This document shows positions 1-11,199 of a stretch of 64,000 nt of DNA, piece after piece (position 1 is the first letter of the stretch; each line of letters starts with the position of its first letter). The DNA is from Eledone cirrhosa (lineage: Eukaryota), in assembly GCA_964016885.1 (NCBI GenBank), contig OZ024760.1:20460001-20524000 (forward strand), read 5' to 3'. Under the pieces are notes generated by a model. That model was given only the letters and a program-made list of their open reading frames with translations. It was not told the origin of the DNA and did no database searches. The position numbers and the translations under genes were made by a program.

Positions 1-745
1 TCTCGGTGTGAATAAATTCTCTCTACATTTATTTTATATATCATCATCATCAATATATATATATTTATTAGATAGGGTGTGTTTTAATTAATACCCCCCC
101 CCCTTTTTTTTTCTCGGTGTGAATAAATTCTCTCTACATTTATTTTATATATCATCATCATCAATATATATATATTTATTAGATAGGGTGTGTTTTAATT
201 AATACCCCCCCCCCCCTTTTTTTTTTCTCGGTGTGAATAAATTCTCTCTACATTTATTTTATATATCATCATCAATATATATATATATTTATTAGATAGG
301 GTGTGTTTTAATTAATACCCCCCCCTCTTTTTTTTCTCGGTGTGAATAAATTCTCTCTACATTTATTTTATATATCATCATCATCAATATATATATATTT
401 ATTAGATAGGGTGTGTTTTAATTAATACCCCCCCCCCCCTTTTTTTTTCTCGGTGTGAATAAATTCTCTCTACATTTATTTTATATATCATCATCAATAT
501 ATATATATTTATTAGATAGGGTGTGTTTTAATTAATACCCCCCCCTTTTTTTCTCGGTGTGAATAAATTCTCTCTACATTTATTTTATATATCATCATCA
601 ATATATATATATTTATTAGATAGGGTGTGTTTTAATTAATACCCCCCCCCCCCCCCCTTTTTTTTCTCGGTGTGAATAAATTCTCTCTACATTTATTTTA
701 TATATCATCATCATCAATATATATATATTTATTAGATAGGGTGTG
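1..745. repeat. ~110-bp tandem satellite, about 7 copies, continues left of window
   Basis: tctcggtgtgaataaattctctctac recurs at 1,112,226,336,448,552,666; length varies in polyC/polyT tracts. Confidence 0.95.
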
Positions 746-900
746 GTAAAAACCAGCCAGACCATAACCCACCAGAGTACTCGGTACTTGGGGTAGTAGA
801 GTGGGTAATAGGAAAAGATTCAGGACCCTGACAGCTAAGCTCCGGCCGTTTAGCTGTCGAAACAGCCGGAGCTCAGCTGTCGGGGTCCTGAATCTTTTCA
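745..900. mobile_element. Foldback interspersed element (40-bp stem); related copies at ~39575-39712, ~40375-40490, ~40795-40905
   Basis: 812-851 pairs with 860-899 (37/40); shared gtactcggtacttggggtagtagagtgggtaata. Confidence 0.7.
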
Positions 901-904
901 CATA

Positions 905-1370
905 TCATCATCATCATCAGGTTTAGCGTCCGTGTTCCACGCTTGCATGGGTTTGGACGGGGGTTTTCCCACTTGAGGCAAGATTGGTTGTCTTGCTCGC
1001 ATAGGACTGTCTGGCGGGTTTTCTACAGCTGGATGCCCTTCCTAACACCAACCACATTTACAGTGTGGGGCTGGGAGGTTTTTACCGTGTTGCCTACACG
1101 GCCACATTTACAGCGTGGACTGTCTGGCGGGTTTTCTACAGCTGGATGCCCTTCCTAACACCAACCACATTTACAGTGTGGGGCTGGGAGGTTTTTACCG
1201 TGTTGCCTACACGGCCACATTTACAGCGTGGACTGTCTGGCGGGTTTTCTACAGCTGGATGCCCTTCCTAACACCAACCACATTTACAGTGTGGGGCTGG
1301 GAGGTTTTTACCGTGTTGCCTACACGGCCACATTGCAGCGTGGACTGTGTGTTTTTTTTGTCGTGACACC
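905..1370 (-). mobile_element. RTE-tailed SINE-like element with internal 113-bp triplication (1005-1345)
   Basis: (CAT)n tail, ggatgcccttcctaacaccaacc body repeated three times. Confidence 0.7.
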
Positions 1371-2636
1371 TACACGATCTCATTTGTTTCGGCCTGGATG
1401 TTGTGGGACCAACATAACTTTACATTGAAAGGGGCGGTGTAGAGGTGGTGGGACGGACGGGGGTTTGATAGAGATGCCTACTGACTGTAGTAGGTTTTTA
1501 CTTTGTATTTAGGTAAGGCGGGTCTTCTCTATTACTGAGTACCGCCAAAGGTCTCGGTCCAGTGACATTGTCTTGGAGAGGTGTAAGCGTACACAGACTG
1601 TTCGCTTTTTATGCGGAGATGCGTTCATGAACACACCGCATAAAACAAATTTACGCAATTCAATATTATATTTCTGATAAGTCCCACCCTTGCAAGCAGG
1701 GAAAAGCGGACGTAAAATAATGATGATGATGATAATTAATAAATAAAAAAAATTAAAAACCACACAATTCACGCAGAGTGAATATCTAATATTTTTTCAA
1801 GATGTGTTGAAAAAGACCCGCCCAACCCATGCACGGAAATAGGATGTAAAACTGAGACGATGATGTTGACAATATAGTTGTGTTCACATGTCAGAAATAA
1901 CTTGTTTCATGAATTATAGAGAATTAAGCAAGTACTCAAAATGATAAATGAAGTTATTGTTATTAAGGTAAACACTATCTTACTTCCCCCAAGTACCTAC
2001 AGGTGTAATACAACACCTGATATTCTCTAGTAATGTTAATCTAAAATAACAGTTTATATATAAATATATATTATGGCAACGATATTACGACACTAACTCA
2101 ATGTCCCATACTGCTTGAAACAGCATTATCCAATATAAAACAACACTATAACCACATCCTATTAAAAATTAAGTCTTTTACTCTAATATTACAAATTCCC
2201 ACAGCAATCTATCCACTAGTAAAAATAAAATACTAAAAACATTTGAATTAATGAACCTATTTTTGGATATGTTCTGCTAAAGAGTTAACATGAGTGTGTG
2301 GGTAGGAATAAAAGAAAAAAAGAAAAGACTTCTATATGGCAAGGGTGAAAAATAAAATATCCACAAAGTACAAAGACTCACCATAAGGATTGCTAGAAAA
2401 TTTGGCAGACATTGTAGACTAGATTTCATCCCGGATGCAGAAACTTAAGAATAGCTCTGAAGACAAGCTTTCTTCTAAGTTGGTGCCAAGTTGTAGGGGA
2501 GAAAACCAGCAGCAATGTAACACAGTTTCAATGTATGTGTGCCCTAGAATTCCAAATGACAACAGTATGAAAAACATCAGTCATGAAAACCTCTTGATCA
2601 GATTTTACTTTCTTAAATGACCGTTTTACTTCATTG

Positions 2637-2885
2637 GTAGATTCCGTGCCCTCGCCTGTCACACTAACGAAGTAGATTCCGTGCCCTCGCCTGTCACACT
2701 AACGAAGTAGGTTCCGTGCCCTCGCCTGTCACATTAACGAAGTAGATTATGTGCCCTCGCCTGTCACATTAACAAAGTAGATTCTGTGCCCTCGCCTGTC
2801 ACACTAATGAAGTAGGTTCCGTGCCCTCGCCTGTCACATTAACAAAGTAAATTTCAGGCCCTCACTTGTCACACTAACCAAGTAA
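2637..2885. repeat. 35-bp minisatellite, about 7 copies
   Basis: gtagattccgtgccctcgcctgtcacactaacgaa. Confidence 0.9.
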
Positions 2886-3984
2886 ATTTTGGAGCCTCCA
2901 CCTGTATAATAAACCCGGTACAAAGATTTTGTGTTCACGATCATCACATTAAGCAGGTAGAATTTGTGACTGACCGTCACATTAACCAGCTTGATTTTAT
3001 GCCACCAATTATTGTCAAACTGCCCAGGTGACACTAACCAAAGAACTGGCAGAGCACTGACAAGCTGAACAGAGTAGCTAAACAAGTATTGAAGACAACA
3101 CACATCTTTCATAGTGGATACTGAAAAATAGAAATATTTGTTTTGTGATAGTCTTTTTATTGTTGTTGATGACGGATTTGATGTGCTACATTTACAGGCT
3201 ACTACCGTAGTCTACCAAATAGCTGGCAGGGAATTGGAGTCTTGGAATTAAAAGCTGAGATAATACATGACAAGGGAAGCAAGACAGTAAGGTTAATAAT
3301 ATAGGAAAATAGACAAAATGGCAAACTGGATTTATGGGGTGTAGGACCCATATGATGTAGGACCTCTTAGGAGCAAAATAAACAAAACAGTTCCACATGC
3401 ATGTATATTGGGATCATGCAAATTTAATGACATTTTCTAATTAATTTAATCAACAACAGCTGCTGTTTTTATTTTTTACAGAATATTCCTTCTACAATAC
3501 AATTATGCTCCAGAATGGTCGTTAATTTTACAATAAAACAGCAAATTGAAAGCAAGATTCATTTTGTGACACTAGTTTTTTTATTTATTTCTCAACCACC
3601 TTGAGAAGAAGTGGGTAGTGCGGTATATCATTTTACTGGGTTTAATCAATGGTCTTCAGCAGCCATCATAGATGGGCCACCACATTTAAGGGGTTTTAAG
3701 TAATTTACAACATTGACTGTACTACTTTGATACTTATTTTATCAACTTCAGTAAGGGAGAATTCTTGAGGGTTGACATTCTGGAGAGGAAGAGCTGAGTA
3801 AATTGGACAATATAGGGGACAAGTGAATCAATAGGATTTGAGTGGAAGTCGGTATGAGACAGGAATGTGTTGGCAAGTTAGTTCATGCTGACCAAATGGA
3901 GAAGCTGGGGGTACTATAAGGGTATTACTGGTATTCATAAAACAGTTATTTTTCATATGTGTACCCTAGTATATCATTAGTATC

Positions 3985-4226
3985 CTTTTTACATCTAGTT
4001 CTCCACGCTTGCATGGGTTGGACAGGTCTTTATCAACATCATCTATCTACATTGCAGTCCACTGTCGTCTCACCTGTGAGATCTGCTCTATCACCTCTGC
4101 CTCTAACTACAGCTTCCTTCCACTGAACTCTTCACAGTTCTACGCCCAACAATCATCACATATCCATACCAGTGCAGTCTTTTCTCTTGCACACTCACTA
4201 CATTTGATTCCTCTTACACCCCACTG
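3985..4226 (-). mobile_element. RTE-clade LINE 3' remnant
   Basis: Minus frame VQEKRLHWYGYVM resembles the RTE RLxWxGHV motif and ends in the acccatgcaagcgtgga tail shared with local SINEs. Confidence 0.6.
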
Positions 4227-4668
4227 ATATAGGACAAAGTGAACCTTGGCGCAAAGTTGACAGTGCACAGAGAGAGAGATACATTAGTACAGGCCGCGAT
4301 AATGTAATTTAACAGGAAGCCATAGAAGATTCACAGGTATGCATCAGTGAATTATCTACCACGTTTCACTAAAAAAGTTTTGTCAATATTCAAGGTTATA
4401 GTAGAAGGCTCTGAAGATGCTGCATGCTGGGATTAAGTTCGGAACAATTTTCTAAAAATACTAACATTGGTGATAAACATAAATATCTCTCAGCGAGGGC
4501 AGACAACCAGTGTGTTATGTAGAAAGTGCACAACAACACAAGAAACTAAACACTGGTACTAAAAATTAATATTTTACAACTTTAGCCTACAGTGAGAGAG
4601 GGTATAGGACCTCTGTACTATCTAAACACAGCACAACCACAATACAGGAAATATATCTCACAACTTAC

Positions 4669-4743
4669 TCTTCTGTAATCTTCTTTGACAAAGTCAGCTT
4701 CTGCCATTATCTCAAGTTCTTGCATTTGTTGAACAAGTTTCAC
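4669..4743 (-). CDS. DNAJC7: DNAJC7 exon (VKLVQQMQELEIMAEADFVKEDYRR)
   Basis: 75 nt, phase 0/0, tag acceptor, gtaagt donor. Confidence 0.85.
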
Positions 4744-6872
4744 CTAAAATGGAGCACAGGAGAAAGAAACAATTTATTTAGTATTTCCATTACTCTATAT
4801 TTACTATTGTATTTTTATATAATATTGAATCGATGAGATTTTGATATTATTTATTTTGAGAACAATACATTAATATCAGTGTGAGTGGCCAATTACAACC
4901 AGTTTGAACAGAAAGAGGTGAGAGAATGCTAAAGGGTAAATAATATAGCTTACTTTCTTATTTATCAAAGGTTTTTACATAAAATTATGATGGAAGTTTT
5001 TCAGCTAAATATAAATACCAGGGATGGTTTGGTATGAAAGGGGTTTAATCCTTTAGTTTTTACATTACTCCATACATATGTATTTTCACAGTAAAGGCTT
5101 TACCTCACATAATATCGAATGAATGAGATTTTGATATTTATTTTGAGAACAATACCTTAACATCAGAATGAGTGGCCAGTTACAGCCTGTTTGAACAGAA
5201 AGAGGTGAGAGAATTCTGGATGGATACAGTCAATTTAAATGCTAAAGGGTTTAAACTGCTTTAGGGAATAATGTAGCTTAGATTTACCTCTTTCAAAGCT
5301 CCTGCATTTGTAGGATCAAGTTGTAATACAGTTTCATAACTCCGAAGTGCTGCACACGTGTCACCCAACATCATATGACATTTAGCTTCTCGAAGATGTC
5401 CCTGGAACAAATCAATACAACATTTATTGAGACACATACCACAACAAAAGCCAACCAATACTAACTCCCCAGCACCACCATCACTACAACCACTCAATAT
5501 ACTAAAAATAGCAGCCAAACTAAATGACTATCTTAAATACAGATGGACAGATTTGATAATGTAGTCCAAGACTATGTTGGAAAGAAAAATAAAAAAATAA
5601 GAAAAAAGAAAAGAAGGCCTTCAATTATAGATTTTCTTTATCAAAGCTAACGAGCCACACACACACACAGACGGATAGACTGACACACTAACCGGTCATG
5701 CACAAATACAGCCAAACAGACACACATTGATAGAATAACAAGTTTGTTGATAGGTATTTGTACTTACTTTAATAAAAGTGTTATCTATTGATACAGCTGT
5801 CCTTGCATCAGCTAAGGCTTCTGAATATTTCATCATCATGATATATGTGGCTGCCCTGTTGCCATAATAAGGGGCATGTGTTGGACACAATCCTGTACAA
5901 AGATAATGGAAGGAAAATATAATATTGTTAAGAACTAAATTCTGAATCAACTGCAAAGATTTGGTGCTGAAAATGTCTAATAACAATCTGAGTGAGTTAA
6001 ATATGAAGTGAAAACATATGCAGAGATAAACTTACACACATGCTAGCATGGAAAATGGATGTTAAATGATGATGACACATACACAACTTCACCAACCGGG
6101 GCTAAACAACAACAATGGACTGGATGAAACTAGCTTGTAGTTGTGAGAAAACTAAACAGAATATGTTTGCCCACAACAAAACAGTAACATATTCCTAGCA
6201 ATTGCAGACAAGGTTAACCCTTTCTTTACTATAAAGATAAAGACCTCCTTTAGTCATGAATGGCCCTGGAATTTGCTCCCAGATATTTCCCCATCCGAGA
6301 CAAAAGTCCAGGCAAGTTTATTTTTGTGGAAGACAAGCAGTCATCCTTCTACAACACAGATGTTGGGAAAGGCAAAGGCCGATACAGCTTGATACCATTG
6401 ATGTCACAACTCATTTCTACAGCTGGGTGAACATTTCTTTACTATATTTCTAACTAAAATATACTGCCTTTGCATTTTAATTATCAAAATTAATAATTAT
6501 GAAAGGTGTTATTCAACTAAAAGTTAAAAGACAAATATTTAATTACTGAAATGTAATATTTACAGTGTGATAATGGTATTTCAGCCCTGAAAATTACATT
6601 TACATTTGAACGCCTTAATAGAGCATATTTTGGTGAGGTTAATGGAGTATGAAATATCACCTATTTCTATATCAAACACACCTGTACTATAAACATCTGT
6701 GATTACCTATTTCTACATCAAACATACCTGTACGGGGGGGGGGGGGGGGGGGGGTAATTGACCCAATACTTCATCCTAGAAGGATGAAAAGCAAAGCTGA
6801 CCTCAGATACTTCTAAGCCATTGAGCTGACAATTGTTTCTAGCATAGATACAAAGACAGTAATTTATGGAAG

Positions 6873-6905
<33 letters not shown>

Positions 6906-9900
6906 GATCGATTAATTTAACCCCCAGTACTTTACTAGTATATTATTCTATCAACCCTGGAAAGATTTGAACTCAGAAATATAACGGGTTGTAGCTAAAT
7001 GCTACAAAGCATTTAGCCTAATCCACCACTCTTCACAGTAAAAAGCAATGAAACCTTCCCCCCCCCCAACAAAATAAATAAATAAATAGAAGTGTGTTGG
7101 GGAAAAGAATTATCCATCTTTGAAGTTCTGAACATGGAAATTGTTCCAGAAAATATGATATAGAATTGTTATGCTTTCAATGTGGTGTAAATATGTTAAA
7201 ACTTACAGAAGTAACTCTCATCTAGAAAGAAGTGATATTTCTGTGGCTAAATATAGATGCTAGGTAAGAAGGGGAAGGAAAGAAGTTGCTTCAAGTACTT
7301 ACTACTGGGAATAAAAATAACATGTTTACAGTCACACACACAGAGGCATACACACATACACAGAAACAAACACACTGAGGTACAGGTGAAATTTGCAATA
7401 GTACTTCTCTTCCTTAGACCTAACAGTGCTGAGTTAGCAGACTTTCCTTGCAGCGGTGTTAAAATTAGCAACATGGGTGTGTCTGTGCCTGTCAAAGTCA
7501 GCAAAAGGAATATAGGCCCCCTTAAAAGATGTATTCTTGGGGTATTTCAGGGTTGTTGATTCCAAATACTACACCACCAGTTTAGTCTTCCTATCAGCTC
7601 TAGTTCTGGATATACAACATACCAATTCTATGCTGTCGTATCCACATGTGCAATCAAATTAGGGACCCTTGTTGCACCTTAGTATTAGGGAAAACCTGGT
7701 GCCATTTTTTGGAAATAGTATTCCTATCAACACTAATTAATAATCCATTATTTAAATGCAATAACATTAACCCTTTCATTACCATATTTCTAAATAAACA
7801 CAATAACATTAACCCTTTCATTTACATATTTCTAAATAAACACAATAACATTAACCCTTTCATTACCATATTTCTAAATAAACAATAACATTAACCATTT
7901 CATTACCATATTTCTAAATAAACAATAACATTAACCATTTCATTACCATATTTCTAAATAAACACAATAACATTAACCATTTCATTACCATATTTCTAAA
8001 TAAACACAATAACATTAACCATTTCATTACCATATTTCTAAATAAACACAATAACATTAACCATTTCATTACCATATTTCTAACTAAATCAGTTTTTAAA
8101 CCAATTAACAAAGAATTTGGAGAGATTTACTAAAATTGTTTCATTATTTTGGCAGTATCGGTAGAGAGTCAGACGCCATGCTTTGCAGCATAGAGTTACG
8201 TCCCTTTACGGTCCGAGTTCAAATCCCGCCGCAGTTCACTTTGCCTTTCATCCTTACGGGGGTCGATAAAATAAAGTACCAGTAATGCACTGGGGTAATT
8301 GCTGGCCTTGTGCCAAAAGTAGAAAATTATTTAGATGATATTTGCAACACGTTTTTTTTTTATATAAAATTATGTTGGAAGATTTTAATTTGCATAGAAA
8401 CCTTTTGATACGGGCGGGTTTATTCCAGACCAGAGATGGTTTGGGGTAATGTTTTACTGCAGAATGCCCTTTCTGATACCAAGCATTTTAATTGCTTCTG
8501 ACACTGAGGTATGGTCTACTTATTCTAAACCAGATGTACATACTCACATCTGTATATATAAAACTGAGGATGTCTGTCTGTGTGTGTGAGTTCGAATCCC
8601 TAAAACTCGAGAACCACCCAACCGACTGTTTTCAAACTTTACACATGTAATACTTATGTTTCAGGGAGTGTTCTGAGCAAAGAAAATTTCAAATTTCCAA
8701 TGCCCTAGAGATCGCATTAGGCGATTTAGGGATCTCGCTCTATAATTCTTAGTCTTTCTCTTTTTAGATAGATACATACATATAACGTCGCGCCCTTATA
8801 ATATCTGTCTGTATGCCTGACTGTCTGCATTACGTCACTTCCTTGAGGATGTCTGTGTGTGTGTGAGTTTGAATCCCTAAAACTCGAGAAGTACCCAACC
8901 GATCTTATCTTTTTCAAACTTTACATGTGTATTACTTATGTTTCATAAAAAAATTCAACTTTTTTTTTTATCTCCTAGGGCCCACATTATGTGAAAAACT
9001 GCGTTTTTAAGATTTTTAAGGGTTTTTTCAGGCGTTACGTCAGACCGATTTCCTTGAAATTGTAATTATGTATTAGTCAGTCTCTTCTTCATACCGTGAG
9101 TAAAGAAAATCTAACTTTCTTATGGCTTAGGGCCCACATTAGGCGAAAACCTTCATTTTTTCAGCCTCTTAGGGCTTTTTGGAGGCGTTACGTCTAGCTG
9201 ATTTTCCAAAAACTTAAAGGCATATTATGCACATAAAAAAAATTAATTTTTTTGATCCCCTAGGGCCCGCATTAGGTGAAAACCTGCATTTTTCCTGCTT
9301 CATCGAGGAAAATGTTAAAGATTATCCAGCCATTAGAGTATTCGGTTTATTTTCTTTACATATTGTCCAGGCATGCAGTTTTTCCACAATTAGGTCTGTT
9401 GGTGGCCCGCGTTCCAAAATACCTTATCCCGTGCAACGTCGGGTACCACTGCTTGCATATATATATATGAGAGAGAGAGAGATTTAGCACAACATTGGTT
9501 GGTGTGAGGAAGAGCTTCCAACCGTAGAAAGCTTGTCAAACAACGGGTTAAGAGGACCTTTCTGTTTGTGTCGCACTCGATAGAATGTATGACCATACAT
9601 AAGTGAAACGAAGACCCCCTCGGCTTCTGAGAGGTTAGTAAACCCACTTCAGTACTGACAGTCTATGTAGACCCATCCAACCCTTGCTACTAGGGAAAGT
9701 GGACAATAAACGAGAACGATGATGATGATTCTACCATTTCTACATATTTTATTACAATATTTATATGAATATATTAACCCTTTAGCATTTAAACCAGCCA
9801 TATCTGGCCAGAATTCTTTCACCTTTTTCAGTTCAGAAACAATAGTAACTGGCCACTCATACTGAGTATTGTTCTCAAAATCTCATAGATTCGATGTTAT

Positions 9901-10275
9901 GTGAAAATACAATAGTAAATATAGAGTAACGTAAATGGTAAAGGGTTAACAAAAGAACACACCCATTTGACTCAACATCAGACTACTAGAAGTGCTGCTT
10001 TAACCCAACTCTTTAACGCATTCTTATAAAAACAATTGCGATTCCACAGAATCTATATAATGTAATGCAACCTAACTCTCCCAGGATACTTCAGCAGGAG
10101 CAGAATGTGTTCTCATTACAAGCTGCTGCTGATAGTTAACAAAAGAATTTAGAATATATTATACTCACGTATAGCATCTTCATAACAACGCAAAGCATCC
10201 ATGTAAGCAGCAGTTTTGAAAAATTGATTTCCCTCCTCCTTCTTCCTCTCTGCAATATCAGCTGTAGCTTCTTTC
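4669..10275 (-). CDS. DNAJC7: DnaJ homolog subfamily C member 7 (TPR co-chaperone), 5' part: 4 coding exons visible (10169-10275, 5768-5892, 5288-5401, 4669-4743); remainder probably left of window
   Basis: Spliced translation KEATADIAERKKEEGNQFFKTAAYMDALRCYEDAIR-LCPTHAPYYGNRAATYIMMMKYSEALADARTAVSIDNTFIK-GHLREAKCHMMLGDTCAALRSYETVLQLDPTNAGALKE-VKLVQQMQELEIMAEADFVKEDYRR resembles DNAJC7 TPR1-4 (YYGNRAAT, GHLRExKCH) as I recall it; all GT-AG with consistent phases. Confidence 0.88.
5288..5401 (-). CDS. DNAJC7: DNAJC7 exon, TPR (GHLREAKCHMMLG...AGALKE)
   Basis: 114 nt, phase 0/0, cag acceptor, gtaaat donor. Confidence 0.9.
5768..5892 (-). CDS. DNAJC7: DNAJC7 exon, TPR (LCPTHAPYYGNRAATYIMM...DNTFIK)
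   Basis: 125 nt, phase 1/0, cag acceptor, gtaagt donor. Confidence 0.9.
7758..8083. repeat. 40-42-bp minisatellite, about 8 copies
   Basis: aataacattaaccatttcattaccatatttctaaataaacac. Confidence 0.9.
8150..8330 (+). mobile_element. tRNA-derived SINE with Nin/Deu-like body (other copies ~27112-27286, 29925-30072, 30228-30378, 36124-36308, 43070-43265, 44820-44940, 49476-49666, 59562-59782)
   Basis: B box gagttcaaatcc, then ttgcctttcatccttacggggtcgataaaataaagtaccag. Confidence 0.8.
8549..9455 (+). mobile_element. Non-autonomous Helitron
   Basis: 5' A|TC-tgtatatataaa; 3' hairpin cccgtgcaacgtcggg followed by degenerate CTRR end (CTTG); internal duplication of 5' segment at ~8845. Confidence 0.65.
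9778..9945. mobile_element. piggyBac-type MITE (TTAA TSD, CCCTTTAGCATT TIR); copies at 11293-11477, ~5049-5249, ~34793-34979, ~44957-45150
   Basis: ttaa|ccctttagcattt ... aaatggtaaaggg|ttaa. Confidence 0.75.
10169..10275 (-). CDS. DNAJC7: DNAJC7 exon, first TPR (KEATADIAERKKEEGNQFFK...YEDAI)
   Basis: 107 nt, phase 2/1, typical TPR AExxKEEGNxFFK, gtgagt donor. Confidence 0.85.
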
Positions 10276-11161
10276 CTGGAAGAAAATCAAAGTAAGAAAA
10301 TAGTTTCTTATAGTTAGGCCATGAATATACGCAAAGTTTTGAAGCTGGCCTGCTCATCATACACATAAGACACCCACCCCCACCTGGGATTTGCTTTCCA
10401 TAATATTTAGTTAGGGTTAGAACTCGAGCTAAGGTTAGGATCAAAGTAAAAAATAGTTTTTTTATAGTTAGGATATGAATATGGCTGGCCCATTCAACAT
10501 ACACATTCCCACTTTGGACTCACTAACACATTTGATTAGGGTTAAGGTCTGGATCAAAGCAAAAAATAATTTTTATAGTTAGGATATGAATATAAGCAAA
10601 GTTATGAAGTTGGCCAGTTCCACGTACACATAAAACACATATTCTCACTTAAGATTCATTTCCCATAACACATATAGCAGTACCCCAGTTGCTGGAACAG
10701 GTAAAAGTATGGAAACAACAGGTATTAATTAACTCCTTAATATCTTGCACCACAGAGACACACACACATGGAACTACAAACAGCAAGACATAACTGAACA
10801 GTTATAAACAACACCATGATTGCATCACATTAAACTCTACTACTGAAAATTATCACAAAGATATCTGTCCACTTGTACAGATATATATATATCATCACAT
10901 GCCAGCATAAGTCAGTTGAGTTGTCCCATCGTGAGAACTGATTTCGACTTGATTTCTATGGCTCGATACTCTTCCTAATGCCTATATATGTATGTGTGTG
11001 TGTGTGTGTATATATATATACATATATATAGTATTAATATGCAACCAACACTGTAGGCTTATACTGTATTGAAACATATGTTAATGAACTTTTGATAAAA
11101 TTCTTCATTTTTTTCCATACTTCATGCCTAGTGTTTGTTTTTCCTATACATTAAAAATAAA

Positions 11162-11199
<38 letters not shown>

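Noticed and set aside
2637-2885. 35-bp repeats as a CRISPR-like array
   Set aside because: No unique spacers; eukaryotic context
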